This document shows, one piece after another, positions 9,703 to 19,529 of a stretch of 64,000 nt of DNA; the stretch's first letter is position 1, and every line of letters begins with the position of its first letter. Origin of the DNA: an uncultured Nitrospiraceae bacterium (GTDB lineage: Bacteria > Nitrospirota > Thermodesulfovibrionia > Thermodesulfovibrionales > Dissulfurispiraceae). A program made the position numbers and the translations under genes. Where the stretch lies: NCBI GenBank assembly GCA_963705105.1, contig CAVPIW010000007.1, forward strand, positions 32,001 through 96,000. Reading direction: 5' to 3'. The notes beneath the pieces were generated by a model that had not been told where the DNA came from, ran no database searches, and worked only from the letters and a program-made list of their open reading frames with translations.

Positions 9703-11901
9703 CTATATCATCGACTCCATCTCGAGCGCCGGGTGGTTGACCTTCTGGAGGAACTCGACGAGCTTCTCGGAGTCTTCACAGATGGTCTCATCGGCGATCT
9801 TGTCGATGAGGTCAGGCATACCGGCTTCCTCGCACCTCTTCTTGAACTCTTCGGCGACCCTCTCCTTGAGCTGTTTCGGCATCCAGACGATCCTCTTGAT
9901 GCCGCCGTCGCCGTAGAGGAACTTCTTGCTTGTGACGAAGTTCACGCCGATGCCCATAAAGCCGGGGTTCTGCGTACCGCCGCCGACGGAGCCGGCGAAG
10001 GTGGAGAACTTCATGCCCACGGGGGTCATGCCCGTATGGCCTCTGTTGACGAGCATGACGCCGTTGGCCTCGGGCAGGATTGCGACGATGCACTCGAAGC
10101 AGCCGCAGGAGGTCATGGGGTTCTGCATGATCGTGTAGAGGTTGAGCGACTCGACGGCGCCGCCCGTCGTCTTTGTAAGATACTCATCGACGCCGGTGAA
10201 GTGGCCGAGATTCGCATCGAGGACCTCGCCCTTCCGGATCGGCTGGTTACCGCCGCTCGGGTCGATCTCGAAAGCGGCCTTGCAGTCGAGCCAGTTGAAG
10301 GCGCCGCAGAGGCCGAGCCGCTCCGGAGAGACAACACAGGCATGGCTCGGCGCGAAGGACTGGCAGAGCAGGCAGGAGTAAAACTCCTCGACGCTCTCGT
10401 CGGTGAGGCTGCCCAGCCTCTGGTCGCGCTCGTAGTATGCTGCGCGGGCTGTCTCGAGGCCCTGCTTCACATCCGCCTCGTCGACGGAAATGGTGACCTG
10501 CACCTTGTCGACGATCGATTTGAACCGGTAGTGGATCATGGTGGTATGAATGATGCCGAGGTGCTCCAGGTCGAACCCCGCCTGCTGGGCGGCGTTGCTG
10601 ATCCTGACCCAGTTGACGTCACGCTGTCCCATATGGAAAATGCCCTGGGCCTCGTTAAGGTCGGAGTGGATCTTCCTCTCGATAACGGACTCGAAGTCCT
10701 TCTGCATCTTGCGGCCTGCCACCTGGATGGTGATGCCGAGGGGCATCCTGCCGCCCTTCCCAAAGATCTCTTTCCAGTTGTCCGGCTTGATGATGATCTT
10801 GTTGTCCTCGATGTCCTCCATCTCCTTCATCTGGACGAGCTCGAAGGCCGGGGTCTTCTGTCCGCCCATCTCGGCGAAGGTGTCTTCCTTCCTGATGCGC
10901 TCGCCCTCGAAGGCGGGACCGTAGGAGACGGGGATCGGCGGCTTCTCGACGACGATCTTGAGACCCCTCACCTCGATCGCCTTCTGGACGATCTTGGTGT
11001 GATCGAATTCCTTGTCCACGTGCTCGTACGTGCAGACGCCCGTCGGGAGGATGACGGGGACGTCGGTGTCGCAGACGGCCGGGAAGCCCATGTTGATGGC
11101 GCCGGCGCCGGTGGCCCACTTGATGTCGTCCATCGGGCCGAGGGCGATGGCGAAGGCGAAGACCCTGTCCTTCTGATACTTGAGGTGTCCCTTAAAGTCA
11201 CCCGGTTTTTTCGCGCCGAAGATGAGGGACGCCCTGATGGCCCAGTCTGCCGCGTAGAGGATATGCTCCGTGTCGGGTCCAAGGGGGACGATACGGGCAT
11301 CCCAGCCGAGATCGATGTTCTTCCTCAGGAGCTGCTTCGTCACGCTGTCGCCGTTGGACGAACCGGCGAGGAAGGTGAGGATGTTCTTCTCCTGGAGCTC
11401 GCGGCAGATGCTGACCGCTATGTCCTCATTCGGGGCGGCCCCGAGGATGCAGGCAAAGCCCGGCATGGTGCCGTCGACGAGCGTAATACCGAGGTTTCTC
11501 TGGATGGTGTCCGTAATGAAGCCGTTGTAGACGTATCCGGTCTCGGGATCGGTCATGGGCTCCAGACCCATGATATTCTTGCAGGAGAGAATAATCTCCT
11601 CTGCAAAGAGAGTGGCCATACCGCAGTCGAGGGTCTCCCCGAGATAGGGTGTCCAGAGGTGCTCCTCCGGAACGGGGTGAAGCAGTTCTTTGGCAAAGCC
11701 GACGGCCTTTACGAGATCTCCCGTCGTCTTGACGGGGAATGCCGTCATCGCATAAATCATGGGGAGATAGTACGCCGTGTCAGGCAGTTCGATCTTGAAA
11801 TCGGTGCCCTTCTCGGCGATGACCTTCCCCACCCATTCTTCAGCCTGGGCGGTGAGATGTGTTGCGCCCCGGATAACAGCTGATGCAATAATCTTTGACA
11901 T
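9703..11901 (-). CDS. acsB: Acetyl-CoA synthase (bacterial type, with N-terminal domain)
   Basis: PDTAYYLP N-terminus; A-cluster motifs CLLCQSFAPSHAC, LCG, MTSCGCFE. Confidence 0.96.
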   Translation of the reverse strand: MSKIIASAVIRGATHLTAQAEEWVGKVIAEKGTDFKIELPDTAYYLPMIYAMTAFPVKTTGDLVKAVGFAKELLHPVPEEHLWTPYLGETLDCGMATLFAEEIILSCKNIMGLEPMTDPETGYVYNGFITDTIQRNLGITLVDGTMPGFACILGAAPNEDIAVSICRELQEKNILTFLAGSSNGDSVTKQLLRKNIDLGWDARIVPLGPDTEHILYAADWAIRASLIFGAKKPGDFKGHLKYQKDRVFAFAIALGPMDDIKWATGAGAINMGFPAVCDTDVPVILPTGVCTYEHVDKEFDHTKIVQKAIEVRGLKIVVEKPPIPVSYGPAFEGERIRKEDTFAEMGGQKTPAFELVQMKEMEDIEDNKIIIKPDNWKEIFGKGGRMPLGITIQVAGRKMQKDFESVIERKIHSDLNEAQGIFHMGQRDVNWVRISNAAQQAGFDLEHLGIIHTTMIHYRFKSIVDKVQVTISVDEADVKQGLETARAAYYERDQRLGSLTDESVEEFYSCLLCQSFAPSHACVVSPERLGLCGAFNWLDCKAAFEIDPSGGNQPIRKGEVLDANLGHFTGVDEYLTKTTGGAVESLNLYTIMQNPMTSCGCFECIVAILPEANGVMLVNRGHTGMTPVGMKFSTFAGSVGGGTQNPGFMGIGVNFVTSKKFLYGDGGIKRIVWMPKQLKERVAEEFKKRCEEAGMPDLIDKIADETICEDSEKLVEFLQKVNHPALEMESMI

Positions 11902-11956
11902 CCTTACCTCCTGCTATTGTAAATGTAGGTTCTCTTCACGATTAAGAGAACTGTGG

Positions 11957-13294
11957 TTAACGCTGTTTCAGGAAGACGGGGATCCCGTTTGCTTCCCTCG
12001 GCCCGACGGTGATCTTCCAGCCCGGCAGCTTCTCCTCGATGGCGCCGCTCATCAGGGCGACATAACCGGGTATGATAAGCTCCCTGTGACTCACCGTGTT
12101 CTCGACGCCGCTCTCCTGCATGAAAGCGGCGATCTTGGCTGCGGTGAACTTGCCTGCAGCCCAGGACGTCAGGACCGAAAGTCCCTCCGTGTCCATGACG
12201 GCCAGCCAGCTCGGCACCTTGCTGTTCTCGATCTCGCCCGACACGATGAAGTAGGTGAGAGAGAAGTTCGAGGTGATCATGAGCGGCGAATCGGCAGTCG
12301 CCTCGCCGATCTTGTAGATGTTCTGCTTCACCTGCATCGGCACCTGCGGGTCCGTGTAGATGTTCTGCCTCAGGGCGAAGAGGGCGACGTTCTTCCACTT
12401 CTCGATGCTGCTCAGGACGATGACGGAGGCGTACTTGGCGACGCCGAGGGTGGCGATGAGGGCTTCAACCATCGAATCTCCCCTCTGGGCAAAGCTGATG
12501 GTGGGGAAGCCGACGGACTTCACGCCCTTCTTGACCGCCGCACGCCTGATGAAGGTGTTGTCACGCAGCATGTCCTTAGCGGTCCTGGCCCCGGAATCGA
12601 GCACCATATCGTTGACCCCGAGTCCCTTGATCTTGTCGGTGAGGTCCGTGAGTTCATCGAGGTTTTGCGCAACGACGCCGAGGGAGGCGCCGTAGGTCTT
12701 CGCCAGGTTCGCCATGGCGTCGGCATTGGCGGCATTGGCGCCATACAGGAGAGGCTTCTTGTCCTTGACGACCTTGAGTCCCGCCTCTGCTGCGGCGGCG
12801 TCGGTCGTCCCGAGGATGACAGCCACGTCGGGCGCCGTCGCGGCGACGACCTTCACGGCGTTCTCGAACTTTCCGGCATCACCGGAGGCGTTATTGACGA
12901 AAACGGCGTCGATGCGGAGCATCTGGCCGACCCTCTCCATCTCGGAGGCGGCGACGTCCTGCGTTTTCTGCTTTATCTCATCATCGCTCAGGGTGTCCGC
13001 AATCTCGAGCGCAAAGGCGCAGGGGTTGACGAACTTCTTCTCATGCCTGAAGAGGACCGTTTCCTCTCCGACCTTGAAGGCCTTGTCGCCGGCGCCGACG
13101 GTGATCGCCCTGATCGGCGGAGCGGACGCTTCACCGAGGATCTTCTTTGCCTCTTCGGACACGTCCGGGCAGGCATCGAGGGCCACCTGGTTCGACGCGA
13201 GTTTCATCGCGAAGGCGAGACAGGTGGGAAAACCGCATTTCTTACAGTTTGTTTTCGGGAGCAGCTTGAATATCTCAACTCCAGTCAGAGCCAT
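11957..13294 (-). CDS. acsC: Corrinoid iron-sulfur protein large subunit
   Basis: LPKTNCKKCGFPTCLAFA 4Fe-4S motif, TSNFSLTY, GLSVLTSWAAGKF, GPREA. Confidence 0.96.
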   Translation of the reverse strand: MALTGVEIFKLLPKTNCKKCGFPTCLAFAMKLASNQVALDACPDVSEEAKKILGEASAPPIRAITVGAGDKAFKVGEETVLFRHEKKFVNPCAFALEIADTLSDDEIKQKTQDVAASEMERVGQMLRIDAVFVNNASGDAGKFENAVKVVAATAPDVAVILGTTDAAAAEAGLKVVKDKKPLLYGANAANADAMANLAKTYGASLGVVAQNLDELTDLTDKIKGLGVNDMVLDSGARTAKDMLRDNTFIRRAAVKKGVKSVGFPTISFAQRGDSMVEALIATLGVAKYASVIVLSSIEKWKNVALFALRQNIYTDPQVPMQVKQNIYKIGEATADSPLMITSNFSLTYFIVSGEIENSKVPSWLAVMDTEGLSVLTSWAAGKFTAAKIAAFMQESGVENTVSHRELIIPGYVALMSGAIEEKLPGWKITVGPREANGIPVFLKQR

Positions 13295-13306
13295 ACGTAT
13301 CCTCCT

Positions 13307-14245
13307 TTACATTAACTCGTCGATGAATTTGTCTACTGCCGCTGCGGCTTCGGGGTGTCTCATGATGAGGAGTTCGGCGCCGGCGATCATAAGGGACGCC
13401 GCAGTGACCGCCTCCCAGAGAACGGCGCGCTCCTTGAGTGCGCCCAGTTGCGGGAGATCGGCCTCGGGGGCCTGGGCTTCCTTCGTCTTCCACGTGAACA
13501 TGCCCACATCGGCGACCATGGGTGTCATCATGGTGGCGTCGTTCTGGGCGAGCGCGGTCAGGCGGATCCTCTCCATGACCGAATAGGTGTATTCAAGGCC
13601 GTAGCCGAGGGCCGAGCACATCGGGTCGGCGATGAGCCGCTCCTTGTCGAAGCCCATCTGGGTGATGAGGATATTGAGCTGCTTCGAGAGGTTGATGTCC
13701 AGCTCCGACATGGCGATCAGTTTGTGGTCGTGCGCCATTGCCGCAGCCGCTATGGTCTTGTAGTTGGCTTCCTGGGCCTTTCCGATGATGAAATTCTTGC
13801 CCTTCGCCGCTTCTGCAGCGGCGACGAGTACCTGGGCGTCCTTCTCCGCGTTGTTGCTGCCGAGGATGATGAGCGGGACGGACACGGCGTTCATGACGTC
13901 CGTGACGGTCTTCGCCGCATCGGCGGGGGAGCGGTTTTCCCTGTCGGGATGGGTGCCGATCAGCCTGAGGCAGATCATCTTCGCGCCCAGGGTGTCCTGG
14001 CAGTATTTCGCCCATGTGACGGGGTCGCCGGAAACGCTCGCATACACTGCCTTTATCGTATCCGCCCAGTCTTCCGGCGGAACATCCTGGACCTCAAAGG
14101 CTATGACGGGTCTGTTCGGGAAGTTCCCCTCAAAGGAGTTGAACGGCAGGGAATTTTCCCCCCCGATGACGACCGGTGAATCCGTTCCTACTGCGAGTTG
14201 GTAGACTTTGCCCGCGTACGTGTCTTTCGGTGCAGTAAAAGCCAT
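13307..14245 (-). CDS. acsD: Corrinoid iron-sulfur protein small subunit
   Basis: GGENSLPF..FEG, DINLSKQLN, LGYGLEYTYSVMERIR, MRHP. Confidence 0.95.
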   Translation of the reverse strand: MAFTAPKDTYAGKVYQLAVGTDSPVVIGGENSLPFNSFEGNFPNRPVIAFEVQDVPPEDWADTIKAVYASVSGDPVTWAKYCQDTLGAKMICLRLIGTHPDRENRSPADAAKTVTDVMNAVSVPLIILGSNNAEKDAQVLVAAAEAAKGKNFIIGKAQEANYKTIAAAAMAHDHKLIAMSELDINLSKQLNILITQMGFDKERLIADPMCSALGYGLEYTYSVMERIRLTALAQNDATMMTPMVADVGMFTWKTKEAQAPEADLPQLGALKERAVLWEAVTAASLMIAGAELLIMRHPEAAAAVDKFIDELM

Positions 14246-14254
14246 ATATTCCTC

Positions 14255-15037
14255 CTACATTTCGAGATATGAATGTGCATAGAGGGTTTTGCCCATTATG
14301 ACATCGATTGTTTTCGCCGTTTCAGCCACCTCGTGGGAGTCGGCTATCGCCGCTGTCAGGCCCTCGTACTGGAGAAGGGCAAGGTAGTACTTGTTAAGGA
14401 TCGGCCTCAGTGCCTTGGGGCACCCGTTGGAGATGTTGCTCAGTCCGACGACGGTCTTCATCGGGGGGTCGTTCAGGTCCTGGAACATCCGGATGGTCTG
14501 GAGGACTTTGATCGCCTGGTCCTGCGTCGTGGCGATCTGCAGGACGAGGGGATCGAGGTAGAGGTCCTCGACGGGCATACCGTACTCCATGGCCCTCCCC
14601 ATGATCTCGGCCGCGATTCCGGACCTTTCCTCTGCATCGGCTGGCAGTCCGCCCTTGCCGACGGTGAGTCCGATACAGAGCGAGTTGTACTTCGCCGCAA
14701 GCTCAAGGATGGGGAATCTCTCGGGGTCATTGGAGGTTGAATTTATCAGCGGCCTCCCCCACTCACTGTTATGCACTTTGAGACCCGCCTCGATGGCCGA
14801 GGCGTTCGTCGTATCGAGGCATACGGGAAGGGACACCACTTCCTGTATCGTGGTGACCATCCATTCCATGAGGGCCTCTCCACCGCTCTCCGCAGGGCCG
14901 ATGTTTGCATCGATCATGCCCGACCCCTCTTTCCACTGTCTGATCGCGATTTCCTGAATCGGTCCCTTGTCCCGGTTCATCATAGCTTCACGGACCCGTT
15001 TCGCTATGACACTCAACTTCTCGCCAATGATCAGCAT
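14255..15037 (-). CDS. acsE: Methyltetrahydrofolate:corrinoid protein methyltransferase
   Basis: MLIIGE.., D.N.G, LDT, INS, DPLV, GLSNISNG pterin-binding barrel; position in the acs cluster. Confidence 0.93.
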   Translation of the reverse strand: MLIIGEKLSVIAKRVREAMMNRDKGPIQEIAIRQWKEGSGMIDANIGPAESGGEALMEWMVTTIQEVVSLPVCLDTTNASAIEAGLKVHNSEWGRPLINSTSNDPERFPILELAAKYNSLCIGLTVGKGGLPADAEERSGIAAEIMGRAMEYGMPVEDLYLDPLVLQIATTQDQAIKVLQTIRMFQDLNDPPMKTVVGLSNISNGCPKALRPILNKYYLALLQYEGLTAAIADSHEVAETAKTIDVIMGKTLYAHSYLEM

Positions 15038-15210
15038 ATTCCTCTCCTTTCTTCTATGTTAGGATAACTGCCAAGCGCGAGACATACCTCGGTCAAGACG
15101 GAAACAAATATATCACATCATGATTTATAAGTAAAGTTTATTTTTTTAAGCAGTGCATAATAAAAAATTATAGGTCCCCCGGTCCACATTCCCGCCTTCA
15201 GAGAGCCCTT

Positions 15211-15978
15211 TTACGGGATCTGCAGTCCGTCCAGAATGTTGAAATACGCCTTAACCGACGGGCTATCTTCAGGCAGATGGGCGACAGGCTTGCCCTCCAG
15301 GTCGTACCTGAAAACCATTTCATCCTGGGGCACTACACCGCCGACGGTCAGGCCGTATTGCTCGGCGACTTTTGTCAGCACGACGGCATCCTCATCTCCA
15401 TGCACCCGGTTGATGATGACGATGCGCCTGTCGATGTCGAGCTGGATCTCGTCCACGAGTTCATTGATTCTCTTGCACGTGAGCACGCCCTTTGCCGTCG
15501 GATCGCTCACGATGAGGAGGATGTCCACCTTGTGCGTCGTCCTCCTGCTCAGGTGCTCCATGCCCGCCTCATTGTCGATGACGACATAGGGGTATTTCTC
15601 GGAGAGGATGTCCGTGTACTTCCTGATGATGTTGTTCGCAACGCAGTAGCAGCCGGAGCCTTCGGGCCTGCCCATGACCATCAGATCGATGCCCGTCGAC
15701 TCGATGATCGACTGCTGTACCTGGTAATCGAAATACTCTTCCGCCGACATCCCGCCGGGACGTTCGCCCTGGCGCACCTTGATGACGGACTCCTCCCTCA
15801 TCCTCCCGATCGTCGTGTCAACGGCGATGCCGAGGGCCTCGTTGAGGCATGAGTTCGAGTCCGCATCGACGGCGAGGACAGGCCCTTTCCTCTTCGTCGT
15901 CAGGTATTTGATGGTCAGTCCCGCGAGACTCGTCTTTCCCGTTCCCCCCTTGCCTGCAAAGGCGATCGTAAATGCCAT
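15211..15978 (-). CDS. cooC: Ni-insertion ATPase CooC/AcsF
   Basis: GKGGTGKT, DAD, GCYC, DNEAGMEHLSR. Confidence 0.92.
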   Translation of the reverse strand: MAFTIAFAGKGGTGKTSLAGLTIKYLTTKRKGPVLAVDADSNSCLNEALGIAVDTTIGRMREESVIKVRQGERPGGMSAEEYFDYQVQQSIIESTGIDLMVMGRPEGSGCYCVANNIIRKYTDILSEKYPYVVIDNEAGMEHLSRRTTHKVDILLIVSDPTAKGVLTCKRINELVDEIQLDIDRRIVIINRVHGDEDAVVLTKVAEQYGLTVGGVVPQDEMVFRYDLEGKPVAHLPEDSPSVKAYFNILDGLQIP

Positions 15979-16080
15979 CTATTCAGTCCTCCTCGTAGTG
16001 ATACGTAAGCTATAGGCTCCTGGCCAAAACAAACTTCTTAAAATGCAGTCAATAGCAAAGCATCAATTGGTATATAATTC

Positions 16081-16158
16081 TGTCATTCCGGAATCTTTCT
16101 TCAGTTTCAGAAGGATTCCCGACGCCCCCGCATGGAGTGCGGGGTTGCGGGAATGACA
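16081..16158. repeat. Palindromic REP-like element with branched fold
   Basis: Terminal TGTCATTCC/GGAATGACA enclosing hairpins ggaatctttct..agaaggattcc and ccccgca-tggag-tgcgggg. Confidence 0.8.
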
Positions 16159-16250
16159 AACTGTGTGATCTCCTTTGCATATCCCCGCTGGTCCTGATCA
16201 TTTGGGACGCCATTACAAATAATACGTTTAAATCGCAGATACCCCGCCCC

Positions 16251-16904
16251 TTAATGCAGTTGCAGCGACGCAAGCACGTCCGGCAATTCCGCGAACCGGT
16301 CTATGAGCACATCGGCGTCTCCGAGCATGTGCCGGGGACGATACCCGTAGGTCACCGCAACGGTTTTCACCCCCGCCGCCCTGCCCGCCTGGATGTCGTA
16401 CGTGCTGTCACCCACCATGACCGCCTCCCCGGCAGAGAGTCCGAACTTCTCGATAACATACATCAGGGGCCGGGGCGAAGGCTTTCTTTCGGGAGTGGTG
16501 TCACTCCCGACGATGACATCGAAGAAGCCGGTGAGGCCGAACTCCCTGAGCACCCCTGCGGTGAGCAACTCCCGCTTGTTCGATATGACAGCCTTACGGT
16601 ACCCGTCAAGCCTGTGCAGGGTCTCTGTCACATCGGGATAAACAGTCGTAAAATCAACAAGATGAGCAGCGTAGAAGCGAAGATAACGTTCGACTGCCCC
16701 GTCTGTGTCGATCGTGACTTTCTCCCTCTCGGCAAGTTTTTCCATGAGCCGGGAAATGCCCTCGCCAACGAGGGCCGTAATCTCCTCCACCGTCGCCGGA
16801 CTGATCCCAACCGGGGCTAATGCGTGGTTGACAGCATTCGTGATATCTCTGCGGGAATCGACGAGGGTACCATCGAGATCAAAAAGTATCAGCCTGACGG
16901 ACAC
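16251..16904 (-). CDS. HAD-IA hydrolase, phosphoglycolate phosphatase-like
   Basis: FDLDGTLVDS, SNK, KPSP, VGDS..DI, YGY. Confidence 0.85.
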   Translation of the reverse strand: MSVRLILFDLDGTLVDSRRDITNAVNHALAPVGISPATVEEITALVGEGISRLMEKLAEREKVTIDTDGAVERYLRFYAAHLVDFTTVYPDVTETLHRLDGYRKAVISNKRELLTAGVLREFGLTGFFDVIVGSDTTPERKPSPRPLMYVIEKFGLSAGEAVMVGDSTYDIQAGRAAGVKTVAVTYGYRPRHMLGDADVLIDRFAELPDVLASLQLH

Positions 16905-16954
16905 CGGTTAGTTTACACGAAAACGACAGAAAACCTCAACAGGGAAGCAGGCTG

Positions 16955-17168
16955 ACCTTTCAGTTGCATCGAAAGGCGGGGCGAAGCGCCTCAAAGCCCT
17001 GCTGAAGGCGACGATGAGCCTCGCCAGGTTCGTCTTTCATGATTCCACTCTCTGTGCGATGGACCATTAGTCTGAAGCCTTGTCTTCTGCAACTATTAAG
17101 GTGTCGCCACATCAAGGTTTTCGGCACATACACCCCGCCTTTCGATCTGGCGCATGCAACAATCAGGT
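16955..17168 (-). mobile_element. 214-bp MITE, copy 2 (TG/TG flanks)
   Basis: Reverse complement aligns over its whole length with 39408-39621. Confidence 0.85.
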
Positions 17169-17183
17169 TGACTATAAAAATAA

Positions 17184-17207
17184 AAGGCGCTGCCGTTGCA
17201 GCGCCTT
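17184..17207 (-). terminator. Intrinsic terminator of the ribosomal (alpha) operon
   Basis: Stem aaggcgctgc/gcagcgcctt, 4-nt loop, followed on the minus strand by a U-rich tail. Confidence 0.85.
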
Positions 17208-17237
17208 CCGTTCACGGGGAAATCGTTGTCGTATGCC

Positions 17238-17372
17238 CTATTTGCACTTTTTCCGGTCTCCCGAACCGGGTTGGGGAACGGCTCAGGTCGGTACGCCGAG
17301 TTTCGGAAGGATGACGAACTGCAGGAGCACCCAGACGATCGCGATACCGGCACCGATCAGGATCTCGCTCAT
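17238..17372 (-). CDS. Unannotated small membrane protein; 29 aa to UGA (17283-17285) or 44 aa if UGA is read as Sec
   Basis: MSEILIGAGIAIVWVLLQFVILPKLGVPT-(UGA)-AVPQPGSGDRKKCK-TAG; ATGA overlap with rplQ stop, AAGGAG upstream, host-like codons, lies before the terminator. Confidence 0.65.
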
Positions 17373-17788
17373 GCCTTCTTGCTCTCCTTTTTGCCCTCTT
17401 TCTTCTTCTCCTGCTGCGATGGCCTGACGGTCTCGTAATCGATGAATTCGATGACGGCCATCGGCGCCCTGTCCTTCAGTCTCTGCCGGGTCTGAACGAT
17501 TCTCAGGTATCCCCCGTTTCTGTCGACAAAGCGGGGGGCTATATCGGAAAAGAGTTTTGCCACAACGGCGCGGTTCGGTATGTACGAAAAGACCATCCTC
17601 TTTGCGTGCAGGTCCCCTCTCTTTCCGAAGGTGACGAGCTTTTCCGCTATTCCCCTGATCGCTTTTGCCCGTGCAAGGGTCGTCTCTATGCGCTGATACT
17701 CGAAAAGCGAGGCCACAAGACCCCGCAGGAGCGCTTTTCTCTGATTTGCCGTCCTGTTGAAGTGACGGGTCCCCACATTATGACGCAT
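17369..17788 (-). CDS. rplQ: 50S ribosomal protein L17
   Basis: MRH.., IETTLARAK, RNGGYLRI, DRAPMAVIE. Confidence 0.97.
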   Translation of the reverse strand: MRHNVGTRHFNRTANQRKALLRGLVASLFEYQRIETTLARAKAIRGIAEKLVTFGKRGDLHAKRMVFSYIPNRAVVAKLFSDIAPRFVDRNGGYLRIVQTRQRLKDRAPMAVIEFIDYETVRPSQQEKKKEGKKESKKA

Positions 17789-18812
17789 TGTTTGCCCTCC
17801 CCCCTCTCTGAAGTGCCGTGCCGCCCTCGGCGTCGGAGTTCTCGATCCTCATGCCGAAATTGAGTCCCATGGTCGTCAGGATATCCCGGATCTCGTTCAG
17901 AGACTTCCTGCCGAAGTTCTTCGTCCTCAGCATCTCGTGTTCGGTCCTCTGCACCAGATCGGCTATTGTCTTGATGTTGGCGTTTTTCAGGCAGTTGTAC
18001 GCCCTGACAGACAGTTCAAGCTCATCAATGTTTTTCATCAGGTTCTCATTGAAGGCCGGGTTCGAGGCGCTGAGGCTCACCGTCCCGACATGCTCGCTCG
18101 CCGCGGTGGGTTCCTGAACGAAAATGAAAAGATCAAGATGATCGATAAGGATGAACGCCGCGTCACTGACTGCGCGCTCAGGACTCACGCTGCCGTCGGT
18201 CCAGATCTCCATGATGAGCTTATCATAATCGGTTGAACGGCCGACTCTCACCTTATCGACCCAGAAATTGACTTTCCTGATGGGGGTGAAGACGGAATCG
18301 GTCACAATGACATCCACCGGGAGATCTTCCTCTTTGTTGAGCTCGGCCGGCGCATACCCTTTCCCCTTTTTCACATAGAGTTCCATCTCCAGATTGGTTC
18401 CCTCATCGACGGTGGCCAGATATTGCTCCTTGTTCAGCACATCCAGGCCCGAGTCGGTCCGGAGGTCATCGGCGGTGACGACCTTATGGCCTTTGACCTG
18501 GACGGTGACGATCCTTCTCTCATCGCCGTACATCCTGAACCGCAGCTTCTTGACGTTCAGGATGATATCGACGACGTCTTCCTTTACCCCTTTTATGGCC
18601 GAAAATTCGTGAAGCACACCGGGAATCCGGATCCCTGTGACAGCAGCACCCTCGATCGATGAGAGTAAAACCCTGCGGAGAGAATTGCCGATTGTGGTCC
18701 CGTATCCCCGCTCCAGCGGCTCGACTACCAGCTTTCCGTACGACTGTGTCAGGGTTTCTTCCTCAAAGGTGATCTTCTTGGGTAACTGAAATCCCATTTT
18801 CACAAGATCCAT
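17778..18812 (-). CDS. rpoA: RNA polymerase alpha subunit
   Basis: EPLERGYGTTIGNSLRRVLLSS, ELSVRAYNCL, KNFGRKSL; ATG at 18812 chosen. Confidence 0.98.
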   Translation of the reverse strand: MDLVKMGFQLPKKITFEEETLTQSYGKLVVEPLERGYGTTIGNSLRRVLLSSIEGAAVTGIRIPGVLHEFSAIKGVKEDVVDIILNVKKLRFRMYGDERRIVTVQVKGHKVVTADDLRTDSGLDVLNKEQYLATVDEGTNLEMELYVKKGKGYAPAELNKEEDLPVDVIVTDSVFTPIRKVNFWVDKVRVGRSTDYDKLIMEIWTDGSVSPERAVSDAAFILIDHLDLFIFVQEPTAASEHVGTVSLSASNPAFNENLMKNIDELELSVRAYNCLKNANIKTIADLVQRTEHEMLRTKNFGRKSLNEIRDILTTMGLNFGMRIENSDAEGGTALQRGGRANNAS

Positions 18813-18901
18813 AACAAGGCCTCCTCTGCCCAAACTCTATGAGTTACTTCAATTAATCCGCTCCGCATCGACGGGACAGCCGGCGAGCCGGCCGGCACAG
18901 T

Positions 18902-19528
18902 TTACTTCGAATAGAATTCGACGATGAGCTGTTCCTGAACGGGCAACTGTATCTCTTCCCTCGATGGAATTCTGGTGAACCTTCCCCTGACCTGCTGCAG
19001 ATCCAGCTCGATCCATGCAGGGAATCCCCTCTGCTCGGCAACGGCAAGGCTGTCCAGGATTGTCTGGTTGGTCCTGCTCTTCTCCCTTGCTTCGACGACA
19101 TCGCCGGGCCGGAGCAGGTAGGACGCAATATTCACGGGTCTGCCGTTTACGAGAAAATGCCTGTGCGTCACGAGCTGCCGCGCTTCCCGTCTGTTCTTCG
19201 CAAAACCCATTCTGAACACCGCATTGTCGAGCCTTCTCTCGAGCATCTGGAGCAGGACTTCACCGGTGATACCCTTTGTCTTGGAGGCCTTCTCGAAATA
19301 AATCCGGAACTGGTTCTCCATGATCCCGTATATCTTGCGGACTTTCTGCTTCTCCCGCAGCTGCACCCCGTAATCGGAAAGCTTTCCTCTGCCCTGCCCG
19401 TGCTGTCCCGGGGCGTACTTACGCCTTTCAACGCCGCACTTCTCCGTGTAACAGCGCTCTCCCTTCAGGAAGAGCTTTTCCGTCTCCCTCCTGCACAGCC
19501 TGCACAATGGTCCCGTATAGCGTGCCAT
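18902..19528 (-). CDS. rpsD: 30S ribosomal protein S4
   Basis: [22 protein letters not shown]. Confidence 0.98.
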   Translation of the reverse strand: MARYTGPLCRLCRRETEKLFLKGERCYTEKCGVERRKYAPGQHGQGRGKLSDYGVQLREKQKVRKIYGIMENQFRIYFEKASKTKGITGEVLLQMLERRLDNAVFRMGFAKNRREARQLVTHRHFLVNGRPVNIASYLLRPGDVVEAREKSRTNQTILDSLAVAEQRGFPAWIELDLQQVRGRFTRIPSREEIQLPVQEQLIVEFYSK

Positions 19529-19529
19529 G

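Noticed and set aside
8170..11883. Long plus-strand ORFs (475 and 716 aa) opposite cooS/acsB, and similar antisense ORFs over fusA, tuf, clpX, infB and hsdM
   Set aside because: Shadow ORFs caused by GC-rich codon bias of well-identified genes on the other strand
17096..17353. 85-aa minus-strand ORF after rplQ from the ORF track
   Set aside because: Runs through the terminator into the MITE; the coupled 17372-start ORF in another frame is more credible
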